Notes: generated from the letters alone by a model not told the origin. A stretch of 56,168 bases of DNA from Candidatus Limnocylindria bacterium (GCA_035759945.1 DASTTX010000202.1:1-56168); one strand, 5' to 3'. Shown: positions 10,855 through 20,921, counted from the first letter of the stretch. Program-made: numbers and translations.

Positions 10855-11283
10855 ATGTTGATGCCAAAGCGGGTCAAGCACCGCAAGGTGCAGCGCGGCC
10901 GTCGCGCCGGGCTGGCCAAGGGCGGCACCACCGTCAGCTTCGGCGACTTCGGCCTGATGGCCGAGGAGGTCTGCTGGCTGACGAGCCGTCAGATCGAGGC
11001 CGCTCGACGGGCGATGACCCACCACATCAAGCGTGGCGGCCGCGTCTGGATCCGGGTCTTCCCGGACAAGCCGGTCACCAAGAAGCCTGCCGAGGTCCGC
11101 ATGGGCTCAGGCAAGGGAGCGCCCGACCATTGGGTCGCGGTGGTCAAGCCGGGTCGTGTCATGTTCGAGATGTCGGGCGTGCCGGAGCCGGTCGCGCGCG
11201 AGGCGATGCGCCTCGCCGGCCACAAGCTGCCGATCAGCACGAAGTTCGTCATGAAGGAGGGACTCGAGCATGGACATCAGTGA
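10855..11283 (+). CDS. rplP: 50S ribosomal protein L16
   Basis: [12 protein letters not shown]-terminus and the RMGSGKG motif. Confidence 0.97.
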   Translation: MLMPKRVKHRKVQRGRRAGLAKGGTTVSFGDFGLMAEEVCWLTSRQIEAARRAMTHHIKRGGRVWIRVFPDKPVTKKPAEVRMGSGKGAPDHWVAVVKPGRVMFEMSGVPEPVAREAMRLAGHKLPISTKFVMKEGLEHGHQ

Positions 11284-11497
11284 GGTTCGTGCCCTCTCCG
11301 ACAAGGACCTCGAGGGCGCGCTTCGCGATGCGAAGCAGGAGCTGTGGAAGGTCCGCTTTGACCTCGCCACACGACAGGAAAGCAACTACAGCAGGCTGCC
11401 GGCGACGCGCAAGCGCATCGCCCGCATCCTGACCGTCATGACTGAGCGCCAGCACGCCGCCGAGGCGGCCGCGGCTGACGCAGAGAAGGCCAGCTGA
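11270..11497 (+). CDS. rpmC: 50S ribosomal protein L29
   Basis: The pattern L..L...EL...RF is present; 75 aa; position between L16 and S17. Confidence 0.92.
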   Translation: MDISEVRALSDKDLEGALRDAKQELWKVRFDLATRQESNYSRLPATRKRIARILTVMTERQHAAEAAAADAEKAS

Positions 11498-11781
11498 TGC
11501 AGGGCAAGCGAAGAACGAAGGTCGGGCGCGTCGTGTCCGACAAGATGGACAAGACCGTCGTGGTCAGCGTCGAGCGGCTGCGGAGGCACCCGATCTACAA
11601 GCGGGTCGTTCGCCTCAGCAGCAAGTTCAAGGCGCACGACGCCGAGAACACCGCCCACGTCGGCGACACCGTGCGCATCGAGGAGAGCCGCCCGCTCTCC
11701 CGTGACAAGCGCTGGAGCGTCGTCGAGGTCGTGGCGCGCGGCTCGCACGAAGAGCTGGTGGACGGGACGGAACAGGCATGA
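11497..11781 (+). CDS. rpsQ: 30S ribosomal protein S17
   Basis: [17 protein letters not shown]...HP.YKR and the H.HDE-like KAHDAEN motif. Confidence 0.95.
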   Translation: MQGKRRTKVGRVVSDKMDKTVVVSVERLRRHPIYKRVVRLSSKFKAHDAENTAHVGDTVRIEESRPLSRDKRWSVVEVVARGSHEELVDGTEQA

Positions 11782-12146
11782 TCCAGAAGTACAGCAGGCT
11801 GCGCGTGGCCGACAACTCCGGCGCGCGAACGCTGTCGTGCATCTCCATCATCGGCCGCTCGACCAGCGACACCGCGGAGATCGGCGACGTGATCGTCGCG
11901 AGCGTCAAGCAGGCGCTCCCGAACTCCGGCGTCAAGAAGGGCGAGGTGGTGCGCGCCGTGGTCGTGCGAACGACCAAGGAGTACGGCCGCCCCGATGGCA
12001 GCCACATCCGTTTCGATGAGAACGCGGCCGTCCTGATCAACGCGCAGGGCAGCCCGCGCGGCACCCGCATCTTCGGACCGGTGGCCCGCGAGTTGCGCGA
12101 GCGCAACTACATGAAGATTGTCTCGCTCGCCCCGGAGGTGCTCTAG
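11778..12146 (+). CDS. rplN: 50S ribosomal protein L14
   Basis: [17 protein letters not shown]...IRFDENA; ATGA overlap with rpsQ. Confidence 0.97.
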   Translation: MIQKYSRLRVADNSGARTLSCISIIGRSTSDTAEIGDVIVASVKQALPNSGVKKGEVVRAVVVRTTKEYGRPDGSHIRFDENAAVLINAQGSPRGTRIFGPVARELRERNYMKIVSLAPEVL

Positions 12147-12476
12147 ATGAACGTACGCAGGGGCGACACCGTGCTCGTGCTTGCCGGCAAGGACCGTGGC
12201 AAGCGCGGGACCGTCGAGCGCGTCGAGAAGACGAAGCGCGGCTTCGGCGTGGTGATCCCCGGAATCAACATGGCCAAGCGTCATCAGCGCGCGCGGACGC
12301 GCACGCAGACGGCCGGCATCCTCGACATTCCGGTGCCGATCCACATCAGCAACGTGCAGGTCGTCTGTCCGCGCTGCAACCAGCCGACACGCGTTTCGCA
12401 CGGCCACCTGGAGAGTGGGCGCCGCACGCGCATCTGCAAGAACTGCGGCGAGCAGATCGAGGTCAGCAGCAAGTGA
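12147..12476 (+). CDS. rplX: 50S ribosomal protein L24 (with a CxxC...CxxC segment)
   Basis: The KOW motif [18 protein letters not shown] is present. The C-terminal part carries CPRC (C74, C77) and CKNC (C97, C100). Confidence 0.94.
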   Translation: MNVRRGDTVLVLAGKDRGKRGTVERVEKTKRGFGVVIPGINMAKRHQRARTRTQTAGILDIPVPIHISNVQVVCPRCNQPTRVSHGHLESGRRTRICKNCGEQIEVSSK

Positions 12477-13192
12477 GCCCCGAGGAGAAGAAGACGACCC
12501 GCAGCCGCGCCGCCACGGCGACGAAGGCTCGAGGCAAGGACGCTGCGAAGGACGGCGCCCCGGCTGCCGGCGACGGCGCGGCGACGGGTGCGGCGAAGGC
12601 CGCTCCGAAGGCCGAGAAGTCGGGCAACGGCGCGTACCGCCGGCCGGAGTACCACGGCCTACGGCAGCGCTATCGCGACGAGGTCGTGCCGGCGCTGCAG
12701 CGGGAGTTCAGCTACGCCAATCCGATGGAGATTCCCTCCGTCGAGAAGGTGGTGGTCAACATCGGACTGGGCGAGGCGATCGCCAACGCCAAGGCGCTCG
12801 ATGCCGCGGTGGGCGACCTGACCACGATCACCGGCCAGAAGCCGATCGTGACGCGCGCGAAGCGCAGCATCGCGCAGTTCCGTCTCCGGACCGGGATGCC
12901 GATCGGCGCGAAGGTGACGCTGCGCGGCCAGCGGATGTACGACTTCCTCGAGCGCACGATGTCGCTCGCGCTGCCGCGCATCCGCGACTTCCGGGGCATC
13001 CCGACGCGCTCGTTCGACGGCCGTGGCAACTTCAGCCTCGGCCTGCGCGAGCAGCTCGTCTACCCGGAGATCGACTACGACCGAATCGACCGCCTGCGCG
13101 GTCTCGAGATCAGCATCGTGACCACGGCGAAGACCGATGAGGAGGGGCGCAAGCTCCTCGAGCTCATGGGAATGCCGTTCCAGAGCAACTGA
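12473..13192 (+). CDS. rplE: 50S ribosomal protein L5 with an N-terminal Lys/Ala-rich extension
   Basis: The core runs from [17 protein letters not shown] to the end ([14 protein letters not shown] motifs). No ATG, GTG or TTG lies between the GTG at 12473 (GTGA overlap with rplX) and the conserved core, so the ~60-aa extension appears obligatory. Confidence 0.92.
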   Translation: MSPEEKKTTRSRAATATKARGKDAAKDGAPAAGDGAATGAAKAAPKAEKSGNGAYRRPEYHGLRQRYRDEVVPALQREFSYANPMEIPSVEKVVVNIGLGEAIANAKALDAAVGDLTTITGQKPIVTRAKRSIAQFRLRTGMPIGAKVTLRGQRMYDFLERTMSLALPRIRDFRGIPTRSFDGRGNFSLGLREQLVYPEIDYDRIDRLRGLEISIVTTAKTDEEGRKLLELMGMPFQSN

Positions 13193-13202
13193 GGGATACC
13201 AC

Positions 13203-13388
13203 GTGGCAAAGAAGTCGATGATCGCCAAGGCCAAGCGCGGATCGCGCTTCCCCGTGCGCGATCACAACCGATGCCAGGTCTGCGGCCGGCCGCGCGGCTA
13301 CATGCGTCGCTTCGCGATGTGCCGCATCTGCTTCCGGGAGCGAGCGCTCCTGGGGCAGCTGCCGGGCGTCACCAAGTCGAGCTGGTAG
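13203..13388 (+). CDS. rpsZ: 30S ribosomal protein S14 type Z (zinc form)
   Basis: GTG at 13203 gives (V)[11 protein letters not shown]...[10 protein letters not shown]...CRICFRE...LPGVTKSSW, 61 aa. Confidence 0.94.
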   Translation: MAKKSMIAKAKRGSRFPVRDHNRCQVCGRPRGYMRRFAMCRICFRERALLGQLPGVTKSSW

Positions 13389-13493
13389 GGCTCGGCATCA
13401 ACCCGGCCGCCTGATCGCGGCCACCATCAGCGGCAGGCGCCACCCGCGTTGAGGCGGGAGCGAACCACCGCCGAGGAGACGAACGAACACCAC

Positions 13494-13892
13494 ATGAACG
13501 TAACCGACCCGATCGCCGACATGCTGACGCGCATCCGCAATGCCAGCGCGGCGCGGCACAAGGAGCTGAGCCTTCCCTCGTCGCGGATGAAGCGCGAGAT
13601 CGCGCGCATCCTGGTAGAGGAAGGTTTCATCGACACGTACGAGACGCAGGCCGATGGCGCGCAGGAGCGCCTCACCCTGCGCCTCAAGTACGTCGAGGGA
13701 CGCACGCCGGTCGTGACCGGCATCAAGCGCATCAGCAAGCCCGGACTGCGGGTCTACGCCCGCAAGACCGAGATTCCGCGCGTGCTGGGAGGCCTGGGCC
13801 TGGCGATCCTGTCCACCTCCCACGGGATCATGACCGGCACCGAGGCCCGCAAGCAGAACCTCGGCGGCGAAGTCCTCTGCTACGTCTGGTAA
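13494..13892 (+). CDS. rpsH: 30S ribosomal protein S8
   Basis: [17 protein letters not shown] start at ATG 13494. The ORF-track start at 13449 adds 15 non-homologous residues. Confidence 0.96.
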   Translation: MNVTDPIADMLTRIRNASAARHKELSLPSSRMKREIARILVEEGFIDTYETQADGAQERLTLRLKYVEGRTPVVTGIKRISKPGLRVYARKTEIPRVLGGLGLAILSTSHGIMTGTEARKQNLGGEVLCYVW

Positions 13893-13902
13893 GGAGCAAC
13901 GG

Positions 13903-14448
13903 ATGTCTCGAATCGGAAGACTGCCGATTCCGCTCCCCGACGGAGTGGAGGTCACGCAGAACGGAAGCCATCTCAGCGTCAAGGGGCCCCTGGGCACCCT
14001 CGAGCGAACGATCCATCCGGAGATGAAGCTGGAGCGGGAGGACGGCACCCTGCGCATCGTCCGCCCGACCGATGAGCCGCGCCACCGCGCGCTGCACGGC
14101 CTCACCCGGACCCTGGTCAACAACATGATCACCGGCGTCACCAGCGGCTTCACGAAGAACCTCGAGATCAGCGGCGTGGGCTACCGGGCCCAGCTGCAGG
14201 GCTCGAAGCTGGTCCTCGCGCTCGGCTACTCGCATCCGGTCGAGGTCGATCCTCCGGCCGGCATCGAGTTCCGGGTCGAGACGCCCACCCGTCTCGGCGT
14301 CTTCGGCGCCGACAAGGAGCTGGTCGGCCAGGTGGCCGCCTACATCCGCTCGCAGCGCAAGCCGGAGCCGTACAAGGGCAAGGGCATTCGCTATGCGGGC
14401 GAGCAGATCCTCCGCAAGGCCGGCAAGGCCGGCAAGGTCGGAGGCTAA
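13903..14448 (+). CDS. rplF: 50S ribosomal protein L6
   Basis: [14 protein letters not shown] and GVGYRA motifs. Confidence 0.96.
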   Translation: MSRIGRLPIPLPDGVEVTQNGSHLSVKGPLGTLERTIHPEMKLEREDGTLRIVRPTDEPRHRALHGLTRTLVNNMITGVTSGFTKNLEISGVGYRAQLQGSKLVLALGYSHPVEVDPPAGIEFRVETPTRLGVFGADKELVGQVAAYIRSQRKPEPYKGKGIRYAGEQILRKAGKAGKVGG

Positions 14449-14458
14449 GGAAAGACCG

Positions 14459-14812
14459 ATGACGAACCCCTCCCGCGACGCCCTGCGTCGCAAGCGACAC
14501 GAGCGACTCCGGCTCCGCATCAGCGGCAGCGCGGAGCGCCCGCGCCTGTCGGTCTTCCGCAGCGCGAAGTACATCTATGCCCAGGTGATCGACGACACGA
14601 CCGGCCGCACGCTGGCAGCCGCCTCGAGCCGCGAGACCGATCTCGGCGGCGACTCGAAGGTGGACGCGGCGCGCTCCGTGGGTCGGGCGCTCGCCGAGCG
14701 GGCGAAGGCCGCCGGCGTCAGCGCGGTGGTCCTCGACCGGGGCGGATACCAGTACCACGGGCGGGTCCGCTCGCTCGCCGAGGGCGCCCGCGAGGGCGGC
14801 CTCAACCTGTAG
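14459..14812 (+). CDS. rplR: 50S ribosomal protein L18
   Basis: ATG at 14459. [18 protein letters not shown] and [20 protein letters not shown] motifs. Confidence 0.95.
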   Translation: MTNPSRDALRRKRHERLRLRISGSAERPRLSVFRSAKYIYAQVIDDTTGRTLAAASSRETDLGGDSKVDAARSVGRALAERAKAAGVSAVVLDRGGYQYHGRVRSLAEGAREGGLNL

Positions 14813-14827
14813 CGAGAGGAGACACGC

Positions 14828-15415
14828 ATGGCACGCATCGACGCGTCCAAGCTCAACCTGGAAGAGAAGGTCGTCCAGATCAACCGCGTGAGCAAGGTGG
14901 TCCAGGGTGGCCGCCGCTTCAGCTTCAGCGCGGTGGTCGTGGTGGGCGACGGCAACGGCACCGTCGGCGCCGGTATCGGCAAGGCCGGTGAGGTGCCCGA
15001 GGCCATTCGCAAGGGCGTCGAGGACGCCAAGAAGCACCTCATCAAGGTCCCGCTCGTGGGATCGACCATCCCGCACGAGGTGCATCGTCACTTCGGCGCG
15101 GCGAAGGTCATGCTCAAGCCGGCGAGCGCCGGTACCGGCGTCATCGCCGGGGGCTCGGTGCGCTCCGTCGTCGAGGCGGCCGGCATCCGCGACCTGCTGA
15201 GCAAGGTGCAGGACTCGACGAACCCGATCAACGTCGTGCGGGCCACGATCGAGTGCCTCTCCGCACTGCGCTCGGCCGACGACATCGCGGCGCTGCGCGG
15301 CCGCACCGCCGAGCAGCTGCTCGGCAAGCGCGGCGCACAGCTGGCGCGCACGCCCCACGAGATCCCGGAGCGGCGCGAGCCGATGAACACGTTCGGAGGT
15401 GGACGTGGCCGCTGA
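14828..15415 (+). CDS. rpsE: 30S ribosomal protein S5
   Basis: V.INRV.KVV.GGRRF.F.A.VVVGD.NG.VG.G.GKA.EVP.AI.K pattern. Confidence 0.96.
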   Translation: MARIDASKLNLEEKVVQINRVSKVVQGGRRFSFSAVVVVGDGNGTVGAGIGKAGEVPEAIRKGVEDAKKHLIKVPLVGSTIPHEVHRHFGAAKVMLKPASAGTGVIAGGSVRSVVEAAGIRDLLSKVQDSTNPINVVRATIECLSALRSADDIAALRGRTAEQLLGKRGAQLARTPHEIPERREPMNTFGGGRGR

Positions 15416-15626
15416 TACCCGCACCCCGAAGATCAAGGTCACCTGGGTGCGGTCCACGATCGGGCACAACGCCGCGGCGCGTGGCACCATCCGCGCGCTC
15501 GGCCTGCATCGGCTCAACCAGAGCGTCGAGATCGCCGACACCCCCGAAAACCGAGGCATGCTCCGTCGGGTCGCCTTCCTCCTCGAGGTCGAGGGACAGT
15601 CCGCCGGGCAAGAGGATTCGAAGTGA
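15399..15626 (+). CDS. rpmD: 50S ribosomal protein L30
   Basis: [10 protein letters not shown]......TIRALGL.RLNQ.V......P...GML..V..L pattern. Start is GTG 15399 or GTG 15405; both overlap the rpsE 3' end. Confidence 0.9.
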   Translation: MDVAADTRTPKIKVTWVRSTIGHNAAARGTIRALGLHRLNQSVEIADTPENRGMLRRVAFLLEVEGQSAGQEDSK

Positions 15627-16279
15627 AGCTCCACGATCTGCACCCGACCCCCGGGTCGCGCAAGCCGGCCCGTCGCGTCGGCCGCGGCCACGGCTCCGGC
15701 CGCGGCAAGACGGCCGGCCGCGGCACGAAGGGCCAGAAGGCGCGCGCCGGCGGCAACCTGCCGGCGTGGTTCGAGGGTGGCCAGACCCCGCTCCACGTCC
15801 GCACGCCGAAGCTGCACGGCTTCAAGAACCGGTTCCGCGTCGCGTATGCCCCCCTCAACCTGGCCAAGCTGGCCGGCGTCGACAAGGGCACGCTGGTCAC
15901 GCCGGACGTGCTCGAGCATGACGGCCTGATCCGCGACACGAAGCTGCCGGTCAAGGTCCTCGGCGTCGGCGACGCGCCGGCCGGGATCACGATCCACGCG
16001 CACGCCTTCAGCAAGTCGGCGCTGGACAAGCTCGCCGCCGCCGGCAGCACGGTTCAGCTGCTGAGCTGGCCGGACAACGCGCCAATCGACGCGCGGCCCG
16101 CGAAGCCCGAGGGGAAGCGAACCGCTCGACGCCGCCCAGGGCCAGGTGCCGCTCGCGACCGTAACGCAGAGGCCGCAGATGCCGATGCCGGCGAGTCGGA
16201 TGCGGCCGAGGCATCCGCCACGGCCGACGAAGCCGACGAGGCTGAAGACAGCGAAGGCGAAGGCGGGCCCGAGGCTTGA
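15623..16279 (+). CDS. rplO: 50S ribosomal protein L15 with an acidic C-terminal extension
   Basis: MKLHDL.P.PGS...RRVGRG.GSG.GKTAGRG.KGQKAR core. About 70 extra residues are rich in D/E/A. GTGA overlap with rpmD. Confidence 0.94.
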   Translation: MKLHDLHPTPGSRKPARRVGRGHGSGRGKTAGRGTKGQKARAGGNLPAWFEGGQTPLHVRTPKLHGFKNRFRVAYAPLNLAKLAGVDKGTLVTPDVLEHDGLIRDTKLPVKVLGVGDAPAGITIHAHAFSKSALDKLAAAGSTVQLLSWPDNAPIDARPAKPEGKRTARRRPGPGAARDRNAEAADADAGESDAAEASATADEADEAEDSEGEGGPEA

Positions 16280-17562
16280 TCGAGACGGTCGTCACCGCCT
16301 TCCGCGCGCCGGACATCCGGCGCAAGCTCCTCTTCACGCTCGGGATCCTGCTGATCTTCCGGGCGCTGACGAACGTTCCGATCCCGAACGTGAACACGAC
16401 CGCCCTGGCGAACCTGTTCACCGACAACCCGTTGCTCGGGATCCTGAACATCTTCTCCGGAGGCGGCCTGGCGGCCGCGTCGATCATCGGCCTCGGGGTG
16501 AACCCCTATATCAACGCCAGCATCATCATGCAGCTGATGCGCGGCGTGATCCCGTCGCTGGAGGAGCTGAGCCGCGAGGGCGAGTACGGCCGCAACAAGA
16601 TCAACCAATACACGCGCCTGCTGACCGTGCCGCTGGCCGCGGCCCAGGGCTACGGCATCAGCGTGCTGTTGAGCGCGAACAACGTCATCCCGTCGAACCC
16701 GCTCTTCAGCATCGAGACGCTCAGCCTGCTGCTCAGCTTCACCGCGGGCACCGTGCTGCTGATGTGGCTCGGCGAGCTGATCAGCGAGAAGGGGCTGGGC
16801 AACGGCATCAGCTTCATCATCTTCGCCGGCATCGTCGGCAGCGTCCCGCAGCAGATCGGACCCATCCTGTCCGGCCCGGACGCGCTCGCGCGCCTGATTC
16901 CCTTCGTCATCGTCGCCGTCGTGGTCGTCGCCGCGGTCGTGTTCATCAACGAGGGCCAGCGGCGCGTGCCGGTCCAGTACGCCAGCCGTGTGCGCGGCCG
17001 TCGCATGTACCAGGGCCAGACCCAGTACCTGCCGCTCAAGGTGACGATGGCCGGCGTCATCCCGATCATCTTTGCGGTCAGCATCCTGCTCTTCCCGGCG
17101 CAGATCGCCAGCTACTTCACCGCCAGCGACATCGACTGGGTGCGGAACGCCGCGGTGTTCATCCAGAACAACCTGAACGGCACGAACAACCTGCTGGTGT
17201 ACGGGTCGCTGTACTTCATCCTGGTCGTCTTCTTCACCTACTTCTATACCGCCTTCCAGTTCCGGCCCGACCAGACCGCCGACTACCTGCGCAAGAACGG
17301 GGGCTTCATCCCCGGCATCCGGCCCGGCAAGCCGACCGAGGAGTTCCTGGGTCGCGTCACGAACCGGATCACGCTCGGCGGCGCGCTGTTCCTCGGCCTG
17401 ATCGCCGTGCTGCCGTACATCGTGTCGGCTTTCATCCCCGGCACCAGCAACCTTCAGCTCGGCGGGACCAGCATCCTGATCATCGTCAGCGTGGTGGTCG
17501 AGACGATGAAGCAGCTCGAGGCACAGATGATGATGCGTCACTACGAGGGCTTCATTCGGTGA
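16276..17562 (+). CDS. secY: Preprotein translocase subunit SecY
   Basis: TTG start in a TTGA overlap with rplO. Ten hydrophobic segments, GI.PYI.ASII.QL and the WLGE.I...G.GNG.S.II motifs. Confidence 0.96.
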   Translation: MIETVVTAFRAPDIRRKLLFTLGILLIFRALTNVPIPNVNTTALANLFTDNPLLGILNIFSGGGLAAASIIGLGVNPYINASIIMQLMRGVIPSLEELSREGEYGRNKINQYTRLLTVPLAAAQGYGISVLLSANNVIPSNPLFSIETLSLLLSFTAGTVLLMWLGELISEKGLGNGISFIIFAGIVGSVPQQIGPILSGPDALARLIPFVIVAVVVVAAVVFINEGQRRVPVQYASRVRGRRMYQGQTQYLPLKVTMAGVIPIIFAVSILLFPAQIASYFTASDIDWVRNAAVFIQNNLNGTNNLLVYGSLYFILVVFFTYFYTAFQFRPDQTADYLRKNGGFIPGIRPGKPTEEFLGRVTNRITLGGALFLGLIAVLPYIVSAFIPGTSNLQLGGTSILIIVSVVVETMKQLEAQMMMRHYEGFIR

Positions 17563-18251
17563 CCGATCCGGCGGCTGCCATCGGCGAGCGCCTCATCCTT
17601 CTGCTCGTCGGCGCGGTGGGCGCCGGAAAGGGGACCCAGGCGGACAACCTGTCGCGCGAGCTCGGGCTGCCGCACCTCGCGTCGGGCAACCTCTTCCGAA
17701 CCGCCATGGCCGATGGGACGCCGCTCGGCGAGCAGGCGCGCGAGTACATGGAGCGTGGCGAGCTGGTGCCGGACGACATCACGATCCGCATGTTCATGGA
17801 CGAGCTCGCGCGGCCGATCGCCGCGCGTGGCGCGATCCTGGACGGCTTCCCGCGCACCGTCGGTCAGGCGCGCGCGCTCGACGAGACCCTCGCCTCGCAC
17901 GGCGAGCGCATCCGGCGCGTGATTTACATCGACGTCCCGACCGAGGAGCTCATTCGTCGCGTGGCCGGCCGCTGGATCTGCCCGGAGTGCGGGACGCCGT
18001 ACCACGAGACGACCGACCCGCCACGCGTCCCCGGCCGCTGCGATCGCGAGGGTGCCGTCCTGACGCAGCGCGACGACGACCGCCCGGAGGTCGTCACGGC
18101 ACGCCTCGGCCGGCAGGTGCCACCGATGCTCGAGGTGATCGAGCACTACGAGCGCGCCGGGATCGTCGACCGCATCGACGGCACCCGGCCGATCGAGGCC
18201 GTCACCGACGACATCCTGTCGCGCATCGGCGCCCGGGCGGGGGAGTCGTGA
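17559..18251 (+). CDS. adk: Adenylate kinase (Cys3-Asp zinc lid)
   Basis: GTG at 17559 overlaps the secY stop. P-loop GAVGAGKGTQA, DGFPRT, and lid CPECG...16 residues...CD. It lies at the 3' end of the chimeric 701-aa ORF 16146-18251. Confidence 0.95.
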   Translation: MTDPAAAIGERLILLLVGAVGAGKGTQADNLSRELGLPHLASGNLFRTAMADGTPLGEQAREYMERGELVPDDITIRMFMDELARPIAARGAILDGFPRTVGQARALDETLASHGERIRRVIYIDVPTEELIRRVAGRWICPECGTPYHETTDPPRVPGRCDREGAVLTQRDDDRPEVVTARLGRQVPPMLEVIEHYERAGIVDRIDGTRPIEAVTDDILSRIGARAGES

Positions 18252-19033
18252 TGGGCATGCGCAGCGCCGGCGCCGCGACGATCAAGCGCGCGAGCGAGAT
18301 CGAGCGGATGCGCGCCGCCGGGCAGATCCTGGCCGACATCCTCGATGTCCTGAAGGCGGAGATCCGGCCCGGCGTGACGACCGGCGACCTGGACCGCATC
18401 GCCGACCGCATGATGGCCGACGCCGGTGCGGTCTCCTCGTTCCGTGGCTACGGCAGCCACCCGCCGTTCCCCGGCGTCATCTGCGCCAGCGTCAATGACG
18501 AGGTGGTGCACGGGATCCCGTCACCGCGCCGCCGGCTGGCCGACGGCGATCTCGTCAGCATCGACATCGGCTGCATCGTCGACGGCTGGCATGCCGACTG
18601 CGCCCGGACCTGGATCGTCGGCGACGTGCCGCGCGAGGTCCGTGAGCTGGTCGACACGACGCGGCGCGGCATGGAGGCCGGCATCGCGGCCGCGGTGGCG
18701 GGCAACCGCCTCGGCGACATCGGCCATGCCATCGAGACCGTGGCGCACGAGCGCGGCTACGGCATCGTCCGCCCCTTCGTCGGCCACGGCATCGGCCGCG
18801 CCATGCACGAGGAGCCGCAGGTCCCGAACTACGGCCGTCCGGGCACCGGCCTGCTCATCGAGACGGGCATGTGCTTCGCCATCGAGCCGATGTACAACCT
18901 GGGCGGCGACGAGGTCTACGTGGACGACGATGGCTGGACCGTTCGCACCGCCGATGGGGCCCTATCGGCCCACTTCGAGAACACCATCGCGGTCAGCGAG
19001 GACGGCCCCGTGGTGCTCACGGAGCACCAGTGA
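18251..19033 (+). CDS. map: Type I methionine aminopeptidase
   Basis: ATG at 18251 (alternative GTG at 18248). IKRASEIERMRAAG, D..ISIDIG...GWH.D, HGIG...HE.P and the FAIEPM metal-ligand pattern. Confidence 0.95.
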   Translation: MGMRSAGAATIKRASEIERMRAAGQILADILDVLKAEIRPGVTTGDLDRIADRMMADAGAVSSFRGYGSHPPFPGVICASVNDEVVHGIPSPRRRLADGDLVSIDIGCIVDGWHADCARTWIVGDVPREVRELVDTTRRGMEAGIAAAVAGNRLGDIGHAIETVAHERGYGIVRPFVGHGIGRAMHEEPQVPNYGRPGTGLLIETGMCFAIEPMYNLGGDEVYVDDDGWTVRTADGALSAHFENTIAVSEDGPVVLTEHQ

Positions 19034-19039
19034 GCAGCC

Positions 19040-19069
19040 TTGTGCGTGATCCGGCGGGTGATGTATACT
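19040..19069 (+). promoter_or_regulatory. Putative internal promoter upstream of infA
   Basis: TTGTGC (19040-19045), an 18-nt spacer, then TATACT (19064-19069). It sits in a 126-nt, visibly less GC-rich spacer about 90 nt before the infA TTG start. Confidence 0.4.
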
Positions 19070-19159
19070 TCCCGTTCGGGTCGCCCGTCGCGCGGCGGCC
19101 TTTCCGTGTGTCAGTCCCATTTGATGAGTCATTGAGCTTGAAACGAGGGTGCGTGTCGG

Positions 19160-19378
19160 TTGGCGAAAAAGGATGCAATTGAGGTCGAGGGAGAGGTGAT
19201 CCTCCCCCTCCCGAACGCGATGTTCAAGGTGCGCCTGGAGAACGGGCACGAGGTGCTCGCACACATCTCCGGGAAGCTGCGCCAGAACTTCATCCGCATC
19301 CTGCCGGGCGACACCGTTCGAGTCGAGCTTTCCCCCTACGACCTCACCCGGGGTCGCATCACGTACAGGATGAGATGA
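19160..19378 (+). CDS. infA: Translation initiation factor IF-1
   Basis: (M)[12 protein letters not shown]...[18 protein letters not shown]...[22 protein letters not shown]; TTG start at 19160. Confidence 0.95.
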   Translation: MAKKDAIEVEGEVILPLPNAMFKVRLENGHEVLAHISGKLRQNFIRILPGDTVRVELSPYDLTRGRITYRMR

Positions 19379-19488
19379 AGGTTTCTGCGTCCGTGAAGCC
19401 CCGCTGCGAGCGCTGCAAGGTCATCAAGCGCTCCGGCGTGGTGATGGTCATTTGCGTCGTTCCCAAGCACAAGCAGCGGCAGGGGTAG
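19375..19488 (+). CDS. rpmJ: 50S ribosomal protein L36 (zinc form)
   Basis: Hand-translated: ATG at 19375 (ATGA overlap with infA) gives [37 protein letters not shown], with stop TAG at 19486-19488. Its 37 aa are shorter than any ORF in the supplied track (shortest 60 aa). C-x2-C-x12-C-x4-H motif. Confidence 0.93.
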   Translation: MKVSASVKPRCERCKVIKRSGVVMVICVVPKHKQRQG

Positions 19489-19495
19489 TCGAATC

Positions 19496-19867
19496 GTGGC
19501 ACGCATCGCCGGCGTCGACATTCCCCGCGAGAAGCGGGTGATCGTCAGCCTGACCTACATCCACGGCATCGGCCCGACCTCGGCCACGCGCGTCATCGGC
19601 GCGGCGAACGTGTCTCCGGACACGCGCGTCCGCGACCTGACCGAGGACGAGGTCAACCGCCTGCGCGAGGTGGTGGAGCGCCAGTTCAAGGTCGAGGGCG
19701 ACCTTCGGCGCGAAGTGAACCTGAACGTGAAGCGGCTGATGGAGATCGGGTCCTACCGGGGCCTGCGCCATCGGCGAAACCTGCCCGTCCGCGGGCAACG
19801 AACGAAGACGAACGCGCGGCAGCGCCGTGGCGCGAAGAAGACGGTCGGCGTCCGCCGCAAGAAGTAA
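19496..19867 (+). CDS. rpsM: 30S ribosomal protein S13
   Basis: (M)[22 protein letters not shown] pattern; GTG start. Confidence 0.97.
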   Translation: MARIAGVDIPREKRVIVSLTYIHGIGPTSATRVIGAANVSPDTRVRDLTEDEVNRLREVVERQFKVEGDLRREVNLNVKRLMEIGSYRGLRHRRNLPVRGQRTKTNARQRRGAKKTVGVRRKK

Positions 19868-19879
19868 TACGGGAGTTCC

Positions 19880-20275
19880 ATGGCAGAGCGTAAGCAGGCG
19901 AAGCGCGGGAAGAAGCGCGAGCGAAAGAACGTGCCGGCGGGGCACGCGCACATCCAGTCGACGTTCAACAACACGATCGTGACCATCACGGACACGACGG
20001 GCAACGTCGTGTCCTGGGGCAGCGCGGGCCTGGTCGGGTTCAAGGGCTCGCGCAAGAGCACCCCGTACGCCGCGTCACAGACCGCGGACCTGGCCGCCAA
20101 GCGGGCCATGGAGCACGGCATGCGTCAGATCGAGGTCTTCGTGAAGGGCCCGGGCGGCGGCCGCGAGCAGGCCATCCGCTCACTCCAGGCCGCCGGCCTG
20201 GAGGTCACCGCCATCACCGACGTGACGCCGATCCCACACAACGGCTGCCGCCCGCCGAAGCGGCGGAGGGTCTGA
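19880..20275 (+). CDS. rpsK: 30S ribosomal protein S11
   Basis: [18 protein letters not shown]...[16 protein letters not shown] pattern. Confidence 0.97.
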   Translation: MAERKQAKRGKKRERKNVPAGHAHIQSTFNNTIVTITDTTGNVVSWGSAGLVGFKGSRKSTPYAASQTADLAAKRAMEHGMRQIEVFVKGPGGGREQAIRSLQAAGLEVTAITDVTPIPHNGCRPPKRRRV

Positions 20276-20278
20276 TCC

Positions 20279-20905
20279 ATGGCACGTTATAACGACGCGG
20301 TCTGTCGCATCTGCCGTCGCGAGGGCCTCAAGCTCTTCCTCAAGGGCAGCCGCTGCTACAGCCGCAAGTGCAGCTTCGAGCGGCGCAGCACGCCGCCGGG
20401 GATGAACACCATGCGCCGCCGCAAGGTGAGCGAGTACGGCCTCCAGCTGCGCGAGAAGCAGAAGGTCCGCAAGAGCTACTCGGTCCTCGAGCGCCAGTTC
20501 CGCAACTACTTCGAGAAGGCGGACCAGCGCAAGGGCGTGACCGGCGAGAACCTGCTGCGCATGCTCGAGATGCGCCTCGACAACGTCGTGTACCGGATGG
20601 GCTTCGCCGCCAGCCGCGCCCAGGCGCGTCAGCTGGTGACGCATGGCCACTTCTCGGTCAACGGCCGCCCCACCAACGTCGCGAGCTTCGCGACCAAGGT
20701 CGGCGACCGGATCGAGGTCCGCGAGAGCCGTCGCAGCCGCGAATACTTCAAGACCGCCGCCGACACGATGCGTGCGGCCCAGATCCCCGAGTGGGTGAGC
20801 GTCGACCCGACGAAGCTGTCCGGCTCGATCCTCGCCGAACCGGCGCGCGAGCAGATGCCGCTCGAGTTCAACGAGCAGCTCGTCGTCGAGTACTACTCGC
20901 GCTAG
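20279..20905 (+). CDS. rpsD: 30S ribosomal protein S4
   Basis: MARY...VCR.CRREG.KLFLKG.RC pattern and the S4 domain [22 protein letters not shown]. Confidence 0.97.
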   Translation: MARYNDAVCRICRREGLKLFLKGSRCYSRKCSFERRSTPPGMNTMRRRKVSEYGLQLREKQKVRKSYSVLERQFRNYFEKADQRKGVTGENLLRMLEMRLDNVVYRMGFAASRAQARQLVTHGHFSVNGRPTNVASFATKVGDRIEVRESRRSREYFKTAADTMRAAQIPEWVSVDPTKLSGSILAEPAREQMPLEFNEQLVVEYYSR

Positions 20906-20921
20906 GAGTCACTTTCCTCTC

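Noticed and set aside
16146-18251. A 701-aa + strand ORF spanning secY and adk.
   Set aside because: The first ~470 residues are an off-frame shadow of secY with Arg/Pro-rich nonsense. Only the part from GTG 17559 onwards (adenylate kinase) is real.
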